A stretch of 24,000 bases of DNA, from the NCBI GenBank assembly GCA_964608965.1, contig CAZSPZ010000013.1, forward strand, positions 20,697-44,696. Reading direction: 5' to 3'. The stretch comes from an uncultured Oscillospiraceae bacterium (GTDB taxonomy: Bacteria > Bacillota > Clostridia > Peptostreptococcales > Anaerovoracaceae). Positions 9,805-16,877 of this stretch are shown in pieces; within the stretch, counting starts at the first letter, position 1; every line of letters starts with the position of its first letter. The translations under genes were made by a program, and so were the position numbers. The notes below the pieces were generated by a model. That model was not told the origin of the DNA and did no database searches. It worked only from the letters and a program-made list of their open reading frames with translations.

Positions 9805-10810
9805 AGAATTTACAAGAGAAGAACAAAAGGCGCTCCTCCTGTCGCTGGGCGAACCGGCGTACAGAGAAAAGCAGCTGTTTAAATGGATAAGCAGAGGCGT
9901 TCAAAGCTTCGAGGAGATGCTTGATTTGCCAAAATCTCTTCGGGAGAAATTATCGGCCTCCTGTACTTTTCAAACACTTTCCGTTGCGGTGGAGCAGTCT
10001 TCGGAAAGAGACGGCACACGCAAATTTTTGTTAAAACTGCCCGACGGCAATACTGTGGAAGCGGTGTTCATGAAATACGAATACGGAAATTCTCTCTGCC
10101 TTTCCACGCAAGTGGGCTGCGGCATGGGCTGCACGTTTTGCGCCTCCGGTATCGGAGGAAAAGCCCGCAATTTAAAGGCGTGGGAAATGTTGTACGAATT
10201 TCTTATTTGCCAGAAACAGGCCGGGGAGATTGTAAATCACGTCGTGCTGATGGGCACCGGCGAACCGTTTGACAACTATTTCGAAGTGGCCGAATTTCTT
10301 CGCCGGATTCACGATCCGGAAGGCATCAATTTGAGTTACCGCAACATTACCGTTTCGACTTGCGGCATAATTCCCGTAATCGAAAAGTTCGGAAACGATT
10401 TCCCGCAGGTGAACTTAGCCATATCTCTCCATGCGGCGACGCAGGAGGAAAGAGAAGTGCTGATGCCCGTGGCAAAAGCGTATAAGTTGCCCGAACTGAT
10501 CGACGCCTGCAGGAAGTATACAAAAAAAACGGGAAGGCGCATTACTTTTGAATACGCCCTCATCGCAGAGAAGAACGACAGCCAGGCCAACGCCCGGCAG
10601 CTCGCAAAACTCCTGGAGGGCATGCTGTGCCACGTCAACATCATTCCTCTTAATCCCGTATCGGAAGCAGGTCTTTGCGGGTCAGACCGAAGGCGCGCAG
10701 AAGAATTCAGCCGCCTTTTGGAAAAGTTGGGAATTCCATCTACCGTGCGAAGACAATTGGGCGCCGATATCGATGCGGCCTGCGGGCAATTAAGAAGAAA
10801 AAATTCATGA
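9791..10810 (+). CDS. rlmN: 23S rRNA/tRNA (adenine-C2)-methyltransferase, radical SAM
   Basis: N-terminal GEPAYREKQLFKWI. Radical-SAM cluster CGMGCTFCASG. GTGEP, and C-terminal CGQL with the second catalytic Cys. ATG 9791/9794 preferred over 9773; overlaps the upstream stop (9802-9804). Confidence 0.85.
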   Translation: MMEIKEFTREEQKALLLSLGEPAYREKQLFKWISRGVQSFEEMLDLPKSLREKLSASCTFQTLSVAVEQSSERDGTRKFLLKLPDGNTVEAVFMKYEYGNSLCLSTQVGCGMGCTFCASGIGGKARNLKAWEMLYEFLICQKQAGEIVNHVVLMGTGEPFDNYFEVAEFLRRIHDPEGINLSYRNITVSTCGIIPVIEKFGNDFPQVNLAISLHAATQEEREVLMPVAKAYKLPELIDACRKYTKKTGRRITFEYALIAEKNDSQANARQLAKLLEGMLCHVNIIPLNPVSEAGLCGSDRRRAEEFSRLLEKLGIPSTVRRQLGADIDAACGQLRRKNS

Positions 10811-10828
10811 AAAAGACAAGGGTTCTTC

Positions 10829-10857
10829 TTGTAGTCGGTAGACCTCTAAGGTATAAT
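10829..10857 (+). promoter_or_regulatory. Sigma-A-type promoter for the P-loop/Nudix pair
   Basis: TTGTAG (10829-10834), 17-nt spacer, consensus TATAAT (10852-10857), directly after the rlmN stop. Leaves a leader of roughly 60 nt before the GGGGG RBS (10911-10915) and ATG 10924. Confidence 0.5.
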
Positions 10858-10923
10858 GAAACAACTACTCAATATTAATATAATGGATATCGGTATATAG
10901 ATTTAAAGAAGGGGGCGATTCTT

Positions 10924-11343
10924 ATGGTGAAGTTACTCATAGGCCACAAGGGCAGCGGCAAGACCAAGAAAATGGTCGACATGGCCAATGCCAGCTTGGA
11001 CAATGTCAACGGAAGCATTGTGTTTATAAACAAGAATCACAGACTGATGTACGACTTAAAATATCGTATTCGTGTAGTGTGCATGGAGGACTACGAGCAC
11101 GTAACGAATATAGACGAGTACATCGGTTTTCTTTATGGCATCATCAGTCAGGATCACGACATAGAGATTATTTTTATTGACAGCATTTTAAAACATGCAG
11201 ACGTCAAGCTGGAGGATTTAGAAGAGTTTCTTACTCGTCTTGCCAGCATATCCGACAAGTACGGTCCGGAATTTGTTGTCAGCATAAGCGAGGACATCGA
11301 AGCGCTCGGAAGCTATATTAAACAATACAAGATTATCAATTAA
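10924..11343 (+). CDS. Small stand-alone P-loop NTPase, function unknown
   Basis: 139 aa. Walker A GHKGSGKT (10942-10965). Walker-B-like hydrophobic strand ending in Asp, IEIIFID (aa 80-86). Good RBS. No other recognisable domain. Confidence 0.6.
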   Translation: MVKLLIGHKGSGKTKKMVDMANASLDNVNGSIVFINKNHRLMYDLKYRIRVVCMEDYEHVTNIDEYIGFLYGIISQDHDIEIIFIDSILKHADVKLEDLEEFLTRLASISDKYGPEFVVSISEDIEALGSYIKQYKIIN

Positions 11344-11365
11344 CCCGGTTCAAGGAAATTCATCA

Positions 11366-11980
11366 ATGAAAGCCCTGGAAATCAGAGATAAGATAAGTTT
11401 CAGAAAGCCTGGTATCATAGGAGTCGAAAAAGCCAATGCCGTCCTTATTCCCATTGTGGAAAAGAACGATGAGCTTTATCTGCTCTTCGAAAAAAGGGCA
11501 GACGGTATTCCGCAGGGCGGAGAAATTTGTTTCCCGGGCGGCCGAATAGAGCCGGACGAAAAACCCGAACAAACGATTCTTCGGGAAGTAGAAGAAGAAC
11601 TTGGATTGCCGCCGGATTCAGTCACCGTTTTCGGGGAGTTCGACATCCTTCACAATTATACCGGAGTAACAGTTCACACTTTTGTCGGGCAGATCGCAAG
11701 CAGCGATGTGGATAAAATAAAGATGCAGGAGAGCGAAGTCGCCGAAGTTTTTATGATCCCCATCAACTTTCTTCTGGAGAACGACCCCTACGTTTATGAA
11801 TATAAAGTGGTTGCAGACATCGGCGAGGATTTTCCCTACGAGATGGTGGATTCTCCCCACAAGCGCAACTGGTACAAAGGTAAGTGCAACGTTCCGATAT
11901 GGAACTACGAAGGGCATTGCCTCTGGGGCTTAACCGCCCGGATCGTGCGCCATTTTCTGAAAGTCTTCTTTGTGGAATAA
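11366..11980 (+). CDS. Nudix hydrolase, CoA-pyrophosphatase-like subfamily
   Basis: Perfect Nudix box GX5EX7REUXEEXGU = GRIEPDEKPEQTILREVEEELGL (aa 59-81, nt 11540-11608). It is preceded by LLFEKRADGIPQGGEICFPGG, resembling the LLTxRx..G..FPGG motif of CoA pyrophosphatases. AAGGAAA RBS. Confidence 0.8.
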   Translation: MKALEIRDKISFRKPGIIGVEKANAVLIPIVEKNDELYLLFEKRADGIPQGGEICFPGGRIEPDEKPEQTILREVEEELGLPPDSVTVFGEFDILHNYTGVTVHTFVGQIASSDVDKIKMQESEVAEVFMIPINFLLENDPYVYEYKVVADIGEDFPYEMVDSPHKRNWYKGKCNVPIWNYEGHCLWGLTARIVRHFLKVFFVE

Positions 11981-12074
11981 TCCAGCCTGCAATACGCAGC
12001 CGCAGTTGAAACTCACCAATAAGAAAACGCCCGATATAAATATCATATAATATAATCTCTTAAATCAATAAAAT

Positions 12075-12105
12075 ATGAGCCCTCAATCGAGGGCTCATTT
12101 GTTTT
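12075..12105. terminator. Bidirectional intrinsic terminator between convergent genes
   Basis: Perfect 10-bp stem ATGAGCCCTC / GAGGGCTCAT with a 4-nt loop (12075-12098). Followed by TTGTTTT on + and by ATTTTATT on -. Lies 9 nt beyond the minus-strand stop (12114-12116) and 94 nt after the Nudix stop. Confidence 0.7.
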
Positions 12106-12113
12106 ATCGGGTA

Positions 12114-12608
12114 CTACTTTCTGATAAATCTGATCTGGCAGGTATCTGCGCCTTCTGCGATGGTCTGCGGCAGTTCCAGCTTGCAGCCGTAAGCTTCTGC
12201 GATTCCGCGGTCGCCCATCATGGCAAGTTCGCAAAGACGAGGCATTTCTGCGTCGGAAGCGCCTTGCTTTTTCCATTCCGCCACAAGAGGACAATAGTGG
12301 AAGTCCACTGCAAAGTAGTCGTCTGTGCATTCCAGAATATCCATTTCAAAAATTTTCTGTACGGTATCTTCTTTAAAGGATTCTTTAAGAAGGTTTTTTA
12401 AACTCTGGGTGTTCGCCGGTTTTGCTGTAGCATCACCGTGGATGACTCCGCAGCGATAAATAGCTTTTTCCGTAAATTCGTCTGTGAGTCCGGCTTTTTT
12501 TGCCTCGTCCAGCATCAGATACATCCAGAGCGCTCTGTGTCCTATCATGCTGCGATAAACGGCTATCATTGGATCGATGTTCTGGGGAACGTTTTTGATT
12601 GTGCTCAT
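12114..12608 (-). CDS. ATC-hydrolase-family (L-2-amino-thiazoline-4-carboxylate hydrolase-like) small Cys-rich protein
   Basis: 164 aa. The C-terminal pattern HYCPLVAEW...G...LC......D...A......L.....AEGADTCQIRF matches my recollection of the PF14196 family. AAGGAGA RBS upstream on the minus strand. Only minus-strand gene in the window. Confidence 0.6.
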   Translation of the reverse strand: MSTIKNVPQNIDPMIAVYRSMIGHRALWMYLMLDEAKKAGLTDEFTEKAIYRCGVIHGDATAKPANTQSLKNLLKESFKEDTVQKIFEMDILECTDDYFAVDFHYCPLVAEWKKQGASDAEMPRLCELAMMGDRGIAEAYGCKLELPQTIAEGADTCQIRFIRK

Positions 12609-12759
12609 AATGTCTCCTTATTTGTTTTGTGACGGAAGCCTTCCGCCAAAAGTGATATCGTTTACTGACAACGATATTTTACGCCCGTTGGCGTATTCCA
12701 GGCAAGTGAAATGTGATATATTGTAATTTAATAAGTAATTCTTTGGAAAAAGGTGAACG

Positions 12760-13323
12760 ATGCTTTGGAAAATTTTTAAAACATTCTTTAAAGTCGGTCT
12801 TTTTACGATTGGCGGCGGTTATGCCATGCTCCCGATTCTGCAGCGGGAATTCATGGAGAACAAGTGGATTACAGAAGAGGAATTTATGGATTCTCTTTGC
12901 CTTACCAACAGCCTCCCCGGTCCGATTATGGTGAACGCGGCAACGTTCATGGGTTATAAACTCAAAGGTGTTTCAGGCGCAATTGTTGCAATGATAGGGG
13001 TCATCACTCCTTCTATCGTTATTATTCTTGGAATAGCATCCGTATTTTCCAATGTCATGGACAACGTGTATGTGCAGTATTTCCTCGCCGGTGCAAGGCC
13101 TGCAATCTGCACGCTGCTTCTTTATACCATCATCAATTTCAGCAAAACCGCCAAGCTGCTTCAATGGCAGAACGCCGCATTGGCGGTGGGCGCGTTTGTG
13201 GCTGTAGGGTTTTTAGGTGTGCATCATATTGCGGCGATCATATGCTCCGCCTTCATCGGAATCATCGCCTTTGGCGGTAAAAATTCCGAAAAAGGAGGTG
13301 ACGACGATGAGCCTGCTTGCTAA
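12760..13323 (+). CDS. chrA: Short-chain chromate-ion-transporter (CHR) family protein, first of a pair
   Basis: 187 aa. FKVGLFTIGGGYAMLPILQREF...WITEEEF......NSLPGP is typical of the CHR domain. Hydrophobic throughout. Confidence 0.8.
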   Translation: MLWKIFKTFFKVGLFTIGGGYAMLPILQREFMENKWITEEEFMDSLCLTNSLPGPIMVNAATFMGYKLKGVSGAIVAMIGVITPSIVIILGIASVFSNVMDNVYVQYFLAGARPAICTLLLYTIINFSKTAKLLQWQNAALAVGAFVAVGFLGVHHIAAIICSAFIGIIAFGGKNSEKGGDDDEPAC

Positions 13324-13840
13324 CGTTTGCTTTTTCTTCCTGTATACAGGGGCCTTCTCTTTCGGCGGCGCTTATGCCGTGCTGTCCATGTTGCAGCGCC
13401 AGGTCGTTGCCACGGGCGGATGGCTGAGCATGGAAGAATTTCTGAATATTGTGGCCATTGCGGAAATGACGCCCGGCCCGATTGCCGTCAACACCTCCAC
13501 TTTTGTGGGCTATCACCTCTTTGGTGTCGTCGGTGGAATTCTATGCACACTCTCGATTATTGCGATACCGTTTATCCTTTCCCTGACCGCAAGTATCTTT
13601 TTTCAGAGATTTAAAGAGAACAAGCATTTAAAAAGCGCGCTGAAAGGCATTCGACCTGCGATCATAGGATTGATTGCTTCTGTAAGCATCGTGATTGCGC
13701 AGGCGTCTTTCGTGGATGCCGTATCAGTTGTTATTTTTTGCGTTGCAGCGGGGTTGCTGTTTAAATTTAAATGGAATCCGATCATCGTCATGCTCGCTTC
13801 CGGTTTCCTGGGCGTGGCAATGTATAGTGTGGTATTATAG
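13307..13840 (+). CDS. chrA: Short-chain chromate-ion-transporter (CHR) family protein, second of a pair
   Basis: The second CHR half repeats the pattern (FSFGGAYAVLSMLQRQVV...WLSMEEF...AEMTPGP). ATG 13307 is preceded by AAAGGAGGTG (13291-13300). 17-nt overlap with the first gene. The GTG 13217 extension was rejected. Confidence 0.8.
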   Translation: MSLLANVCFFFLYTGAFSFGGAYAVLSMLQRQVVATGGWLSMEEFLNIVAIAEMTPGPIAVNTSTFVGYHLFGVVGGILCTLSIIAIPFILSLTASIFFQRFKENKHLKSALKGIRPAIIGLIASVSIVIAQASFVDAVSVVIFCVAAGLLFKFKWNPIIVMLASGFLGVAMYSVVL

Positions 13841-13864
13841 TCGAATATTTTTAGGAGGTGTCCA

Positions 13865-15199
13865 ATGGGTTTGCTTGCATCACTGTCCAATATTGTAGAA
13901 GACTGTCAAACACAATATGAAAATCAAAAATCCGTAACAACGGCGAAAGATTTTTCCCCGAGCGACCACATCGGCTGCCCATCGGAAAATCTGCTTGCCC
14001 TTGGGGATAACAAAGATTTCATGGAATGGCTTACAAGAGAAAAGGACATGGCCGGAAAAGTCAATTTCATATATGTGGATCCTCCCTTCTTTTCCGGAGC
14101 CGACTACATGGCGGAAGTTCGAATCTCGACGCAAAAAATCAAACTGCAGGGAATCAAGACAAAAGCCTATAAAGACACTTGGCAGTCGGGCATGGAAGAG
14201 TTTTTGACGATGCTCACAAGCCGCCTCCTGTTGATGAAGGAACTTTTAGCCGAAGACGGCGGCATTGTAGTCCATATGGACTGGCATGCAGTGCATTATG
14301 TCAAAATTATCATGGACGAAATATTCGGAGAAAAGAATTTCGTCAACGAAATTATATGGACCTATAAATCAGGAGGCGTTTCCAAACACTCCTTTGCGAA
14401 AAAGCACGACACGCTCCTTTATTATTCAAAAAGTAAAAGCCACTATTTCAACGCGCAAAAGGAGAAATCCTATAACAGAAAATACAAACCATATCGTTTT
14501 AAGGGAGTAAAAGAGTATAAAGACGAAATCGGCTGGTATACCATGGTCAACAAAAAGGATGTATTTCATGTGGACATGGTGGGCCGCACTTCCGCAGAAC
14601 GGACAGGCTATGCCACGCAAAAGCCTGAGCAGCTGATTGAACTTTTATTGGAAAGCTGCACAAAAGAAGGGGATATCTGCGCGGACTTTTTTACAGGTTC
14701 CGGCACGCTTCCTGCAGTCGCTGCGAAGATGGGAAGGCGCTTTATCGCTGCCGATGACAGCCTCCTTGCCTTGGCGGCAACGCGAAAACGTCTGACTTTG
14801 GAGGATGCCGCATTTGTCTGCCTCGAAGAAAAGGGTTATGCGCCGGAGGAGAACGTTCCCGTACAGGCAACGCTGGCGTACGAAGAGACCGTATCCACGG
14901 ATGCCCTCTGCCATGCGACGCTCCGGGCTTACGATTGCAATATAGGCAGTTTGCCCATCGAAAAAGAAGATCGGGCGACATTGAAAAAGCTCCAGGCTGC
15001 AGACCCTCTGGCGCTTGTGGATTACTGGTGTGTCGACAAGGATTTTGACGGCGAAAATTTTCACTCGACAGAAATATATCTGAGAAATCAAAATATTCTT
15101 AAGACGGAAGCGGAGTTTTTTGTGAAACCCGGAGCTTGTGTGGCACTGAAAGTCTACGATGTTTTCGGAGGTTTTGGAAACTTCGTTGCCAAAGTGTAA
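13865..15199 (+). CDS. Beta-class N6-adenine (possibly N4-cytosine) DNA methyltransferase, Mod/COG2189-like, with an extra C-terminal domain; no restriction partner
   Basis: Motif IV DPPF (14078-14089) precedes the AdoMet motif I FFTGSGT (14687-14707), which is the beta permutation. FGEKNFVNEIIWTYKSGG and TQKPEQLIELLL are typical of N6_N4 MTases. AGGAGG at 13853-13858. About 134 aa C-terminal (14795-15196) carry no MTase motif. Confidence 0.85.
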   Translation: MGLLASLSNIVEDCQTQYENQKSVTTAKDFSPSDHIGCPSENLLALGDNKDFMEWLTREKDMAGKVNFIYVDPPFFSGADYMAEVRISTQKIKLQGIKTKAYKDTWQSGMEEFLTMLTSRLLLMKELLAEDGGIVVHMDWHAVHYVKIIMDEIFGEKNFVNEIIWTYKSGGVSKHSFAKKHDTLLYYSKSKSHYFNAQKEKSYNRKYKPYRFKGVKEYKDEIGWYTMVNKKDVFHVDMVGRTSAERTGYATQKPEQLIELLLESCTKEGDICADFFTGSGTLPAVAAKMGRRFIAADDSLLALAATRKRLTLEDAAFVCLEEKGYAPEENVPVQATLAYEETVSTDALCHATLRAYDCNIGSLPIEKEDRATLKKLQAADPLALVDYWCVDKDFDGENFHSTEIYLRNQNILKTEAEFFVKPGACVALKVYDVFGGFGNFVAKV

Positions 15200-15207
15200 T
15201 TTTTCCC

Positions 15208-15236
15208 TTGCAATCGCCCCGCTGTTACGGTAGAAT
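15208..15236 (+). promoter_or_regulatory. Sigma-A-type promoter driving the tRNA
   Basis: TTGCAA (15208-15213), 17-nt spacer, TAGAAT (15231-15236). The predicted start is a few nt upstream of the tRNA 5' end at 15251. Confidence 0.55.
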
Positions 15237-15250
15237 AATTGACAGACTGA

Positions 15251-15327
15251 GGGAGGTTAGTTCAGCTGGTTAGAATGCTTGCTCGACAAGCAAGAGGTCG
15301 TTGGTTCGAGTCCAATACTTCCCACCA
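15251..15327 (+). tRNA. tRNA, best read as tRNA-Val(GAC), with a non-canonical C at position 33; CCA encoded
   Basis: Hand-folded 77-nt cloverleaf. Acceptor GGGAGGT/ACTTCCC. D arm GTTC-AGCTGGTTA-GAAT. Anticodon arm CTTGC-TCGACAA-GCAAG. Variable loop AGGTC. T arm GTTGG-TTCGAGT-CCAAT. Discriminator A, then CCA. A35, C36 and A73 fit Val identity. T arm as I recall for E. coli tRNA-Val(GAC). Confidence 0.75.
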
Positions 15328-15333
15328 ACCAAG

Positions 15334-15365
15334 GGCTTTTGCTCAAATGAGCAAGGGCCTTTTTT
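15334..15365 (+). terminator. Intrinsic terminator after the tRNA
   Basis: Stem GGCTTTTGCTC / GAGCAAGGGCC (11 bp including two G-U pairs), loop AAAT, then a run of six T (15360-15365). Confidence 0.7.
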
Positions 15366-15401
15366 CATAGGTTTTTTCTGAAAGATTCGGAGGAATATCA
15401 T

Positions 15402-16877
15402 TTGCACTTGTTGCGCCGGACATTAATAGCAGTATGTTGTATCGTTGCTTTTTCAGCGGTTTTTATTTTTGCCGCTGCGGATATATCGTTAACGCTGGAC
15501 GAAGAGATCATAGAGACAGAGGCGGCACCTGTCATTATAGACAGTCGTACTCTTGTGCCGGTTCGCGCCTTGTTTGAAGCCATGGGCGGCAGCGTCGACT
15601 GGGATGCAAAGACCGAAAAAGTAACCGTTCAGTACGGCGACACCACAGTGGTCATGACCGTGGGAAGCAAGACAGCCAAAGTGAACGGAACGGATCAAAC
15701 GATGGATGTCGCTGCGCAGATATTGCCTTCCGGCAGAACGTATATACCCGTTCGATTTGCCGCTTCTTCTCTGGGCTTTGGCGTGGACTGGGACGACGAA
15801 AATCGAACGGTCAGCATCACGTCTCCCGGATATACCCAAGAAGAGCCTACGTTGATTACAGACATCACCACCGAACATACCGATACCGATTATCGTGTGG
15901 TGATAGAATTCAGCGGATCTGCCCCTTCTCTTAAGAGCAGTGCTTTTGTGGACCCTGACCGGTACGTGACAGACCTTTGGACCGCAACTGTTCAAATAGG
16001 CGAATATCAGGGGGGCAGCGGCGCTGTAGAAGCCGGCAATCCTGTTTTTGCTCAGGTGCGCTATTCTCAATTTACGGAGGATACTGTTCGCATCGTCTGC
16101 GATCTGAACGGAAAAGTAGCCGGAAAAATCAGCATAAACCAGGAAGAGGGCGAGCTGTACATCGATTTTGATGACCCTGACGCAGTTGAAATTCCCGAAG
16201 ACAATACTGAAGAAAACCCCGGTGCCACGGATCCCGAAGAAGATCCGGAAGAGGAAATTCCCGACTCGACATTGCCTGCTTTAGATTGGCGCATGTCGGG
16301 CAAACTGGTGCTTATCGATGCGGGGCATGGCGGAACCGACCCGGGTTGTCTTGTTAAATACAACGGAATCACTTATCACGAAAGCGATTTTAACTTAAAA
16401 ATAGCGTTGAGTCTGTACGAAATGCTGAAAGAGGCAGGCGCAAATGTTCAATTGCTGCGAAGCACCGATGAAACCGTCAAACTTTTACAAAGACCCGCCC
16501 TCGCGAATCAGATGATGGCAGACCTTTACGTTTCCATCCATAACAACTCTTCCATTTCCGCCACACCAAGCGGTACCGAAGTGTTCTATTACGCTAAATC
16601 TACCGAAAGTTCTTACGATGTAACAAGTAAAGAGCTGGCGCAAAATATATCGCAGACGCTTACGGCGGAGTTGGGCCTTGCAAACCGGGGCATTACTTCC
16701 CAGGGGGCCTACGCCGTTTTAAACAAGACAAATATGCCGGCTGTCATCGTGGAAGGTGCCTTCTTTTCCAACGCAAAAGATCTGGCGCTCATGATGTCCT
16801 CTGAATATACCCAACGATATGCAACAGGCGTGGCCTGCGGAATCATTCAAGCATTGAATCAAGCTGCGGAAGAATAA
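15402..16877 (+). CDS. Secreted N-acetylmuramoyl-L-alanine amidase (Amidase_3) with N-terminal copper-amine-oxidase-N-like repeats and a beta-rich middle (AMIN-like) region
   Basis: TTG start with GGAGGA RBS (15389-15394) and a signal-like N terminus. Two RT(L/Y)(V/I)PVR...G..VDWD repeats. Acidic linker PEDNTEENPGATDPEEDPEEE. Amidase_3 motifs LIDAGHGGTDPG, VSIHNNS, VIVEGAFFSN. Confidence 0.85.
   Translation: MHLLRRTLIAVCCIVAFSAVFIFAAADISLTLDEEIIETEAAPVIIDSRTLVPVRALFEAMGGSVDWDAKTEKVTVQYGDTTVVMTVGSKTAKVNGTDQTMDVAAQILPSGRTYIPVRFAASSLGFGVDWDDENRTVSITSPGYTQEEPTLITDITTEHTDTDYRVVIEFSGSAPSLKSSAFVDPDRYVTDLWTATVQIGEYQGGSGAVEAGNPVFAQVRYSQFTEDTVRIVCDLNGKVAGKISINQEEGELYIDFDDPDAVEIPEDNTEENPGATDPEEDPEEEIPDSTLPALDWRMSGKLVLIDAGHGGTDPGCLVKYNGITYHESDFNLKIALSLYEMLKEAGANVQLLRSTDETVKLLQRPALANQMMADLYVSIHNNSSISATPSGTEVFYYAKSTESSYDVTSKELAQNISQTLTAELGLANRGITSQGAYAVLNKTNMPAVIVEGAFFSNAKDLALMMSSEYTQRYATGVACGIIQALNQAAEE

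Noticed and set aside
12031-12074. AT-rich stretch with tandem TATAAT-like hexamers (ATCATATAATATAATCTC) that looks like a promoter upstream of the terminator hairpin.
   Set aside because: The only thing downstream on + is the terminator itself, followed by the antisense of a minus-strand gene. A transcript would be about 40 nt of terminator. This is more likely just AT-rich spacer in a convergent intergenic region.
12075-12401. 108-aa plus-strand ORF beginning inside the terminator hairpin.
   Set aside because: It starts within the stem-loop, runs antisense to the ATC-hydrolase-family gene, and has no RBS or motif.
13217-13306. Upstream GTG start (13217) extending the second chrA gene by 30 codons.
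   Set aside because: The extension (MCIILRRSYAPPSSESSPLAVKIPKKEVTT) is not CHR-like and lies wholly inside the first chrA gene. ATG 13307 has a perfect AAAGGAGGTG RBS, and the product then begins like the first half.
15278-15294. Alternative readings of the tRNA anticodon arm that would restore U33 (anticodon CGA or TCG).
   Set aside because: Shifting the register breaks the 5-bp stem (GCTTG cannot pair with AGCAA) or puts a pyrimidine at position 37. There is also no long variable arm as Ser would need. Only the C33/GAC register keeps a canonical cloverleaf.
13841-15400. The possibility that the methyltransferase plus tRNA marks an integrated mobile or defence island (tRNA as attB, MTase as part of an R-M system).
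   Set aside because: There is no integrase, recombinase, endonuclease, specificity subunit or phage/plasmid gene on either side. I found no direct repeat of the tRNA 3' end elsewhere in the window, and the flanking genes are ordinary chromosomal functions.
14645-16070. Antisense ORFs 14645-15091 (148 aa) and 15489-16070 (193 aa).
   Set aside because: They are antisense to the methyltransferase and amidase genes, whose motifs are unambiguous. The translations are Arg-rich nonsense with no RBS.
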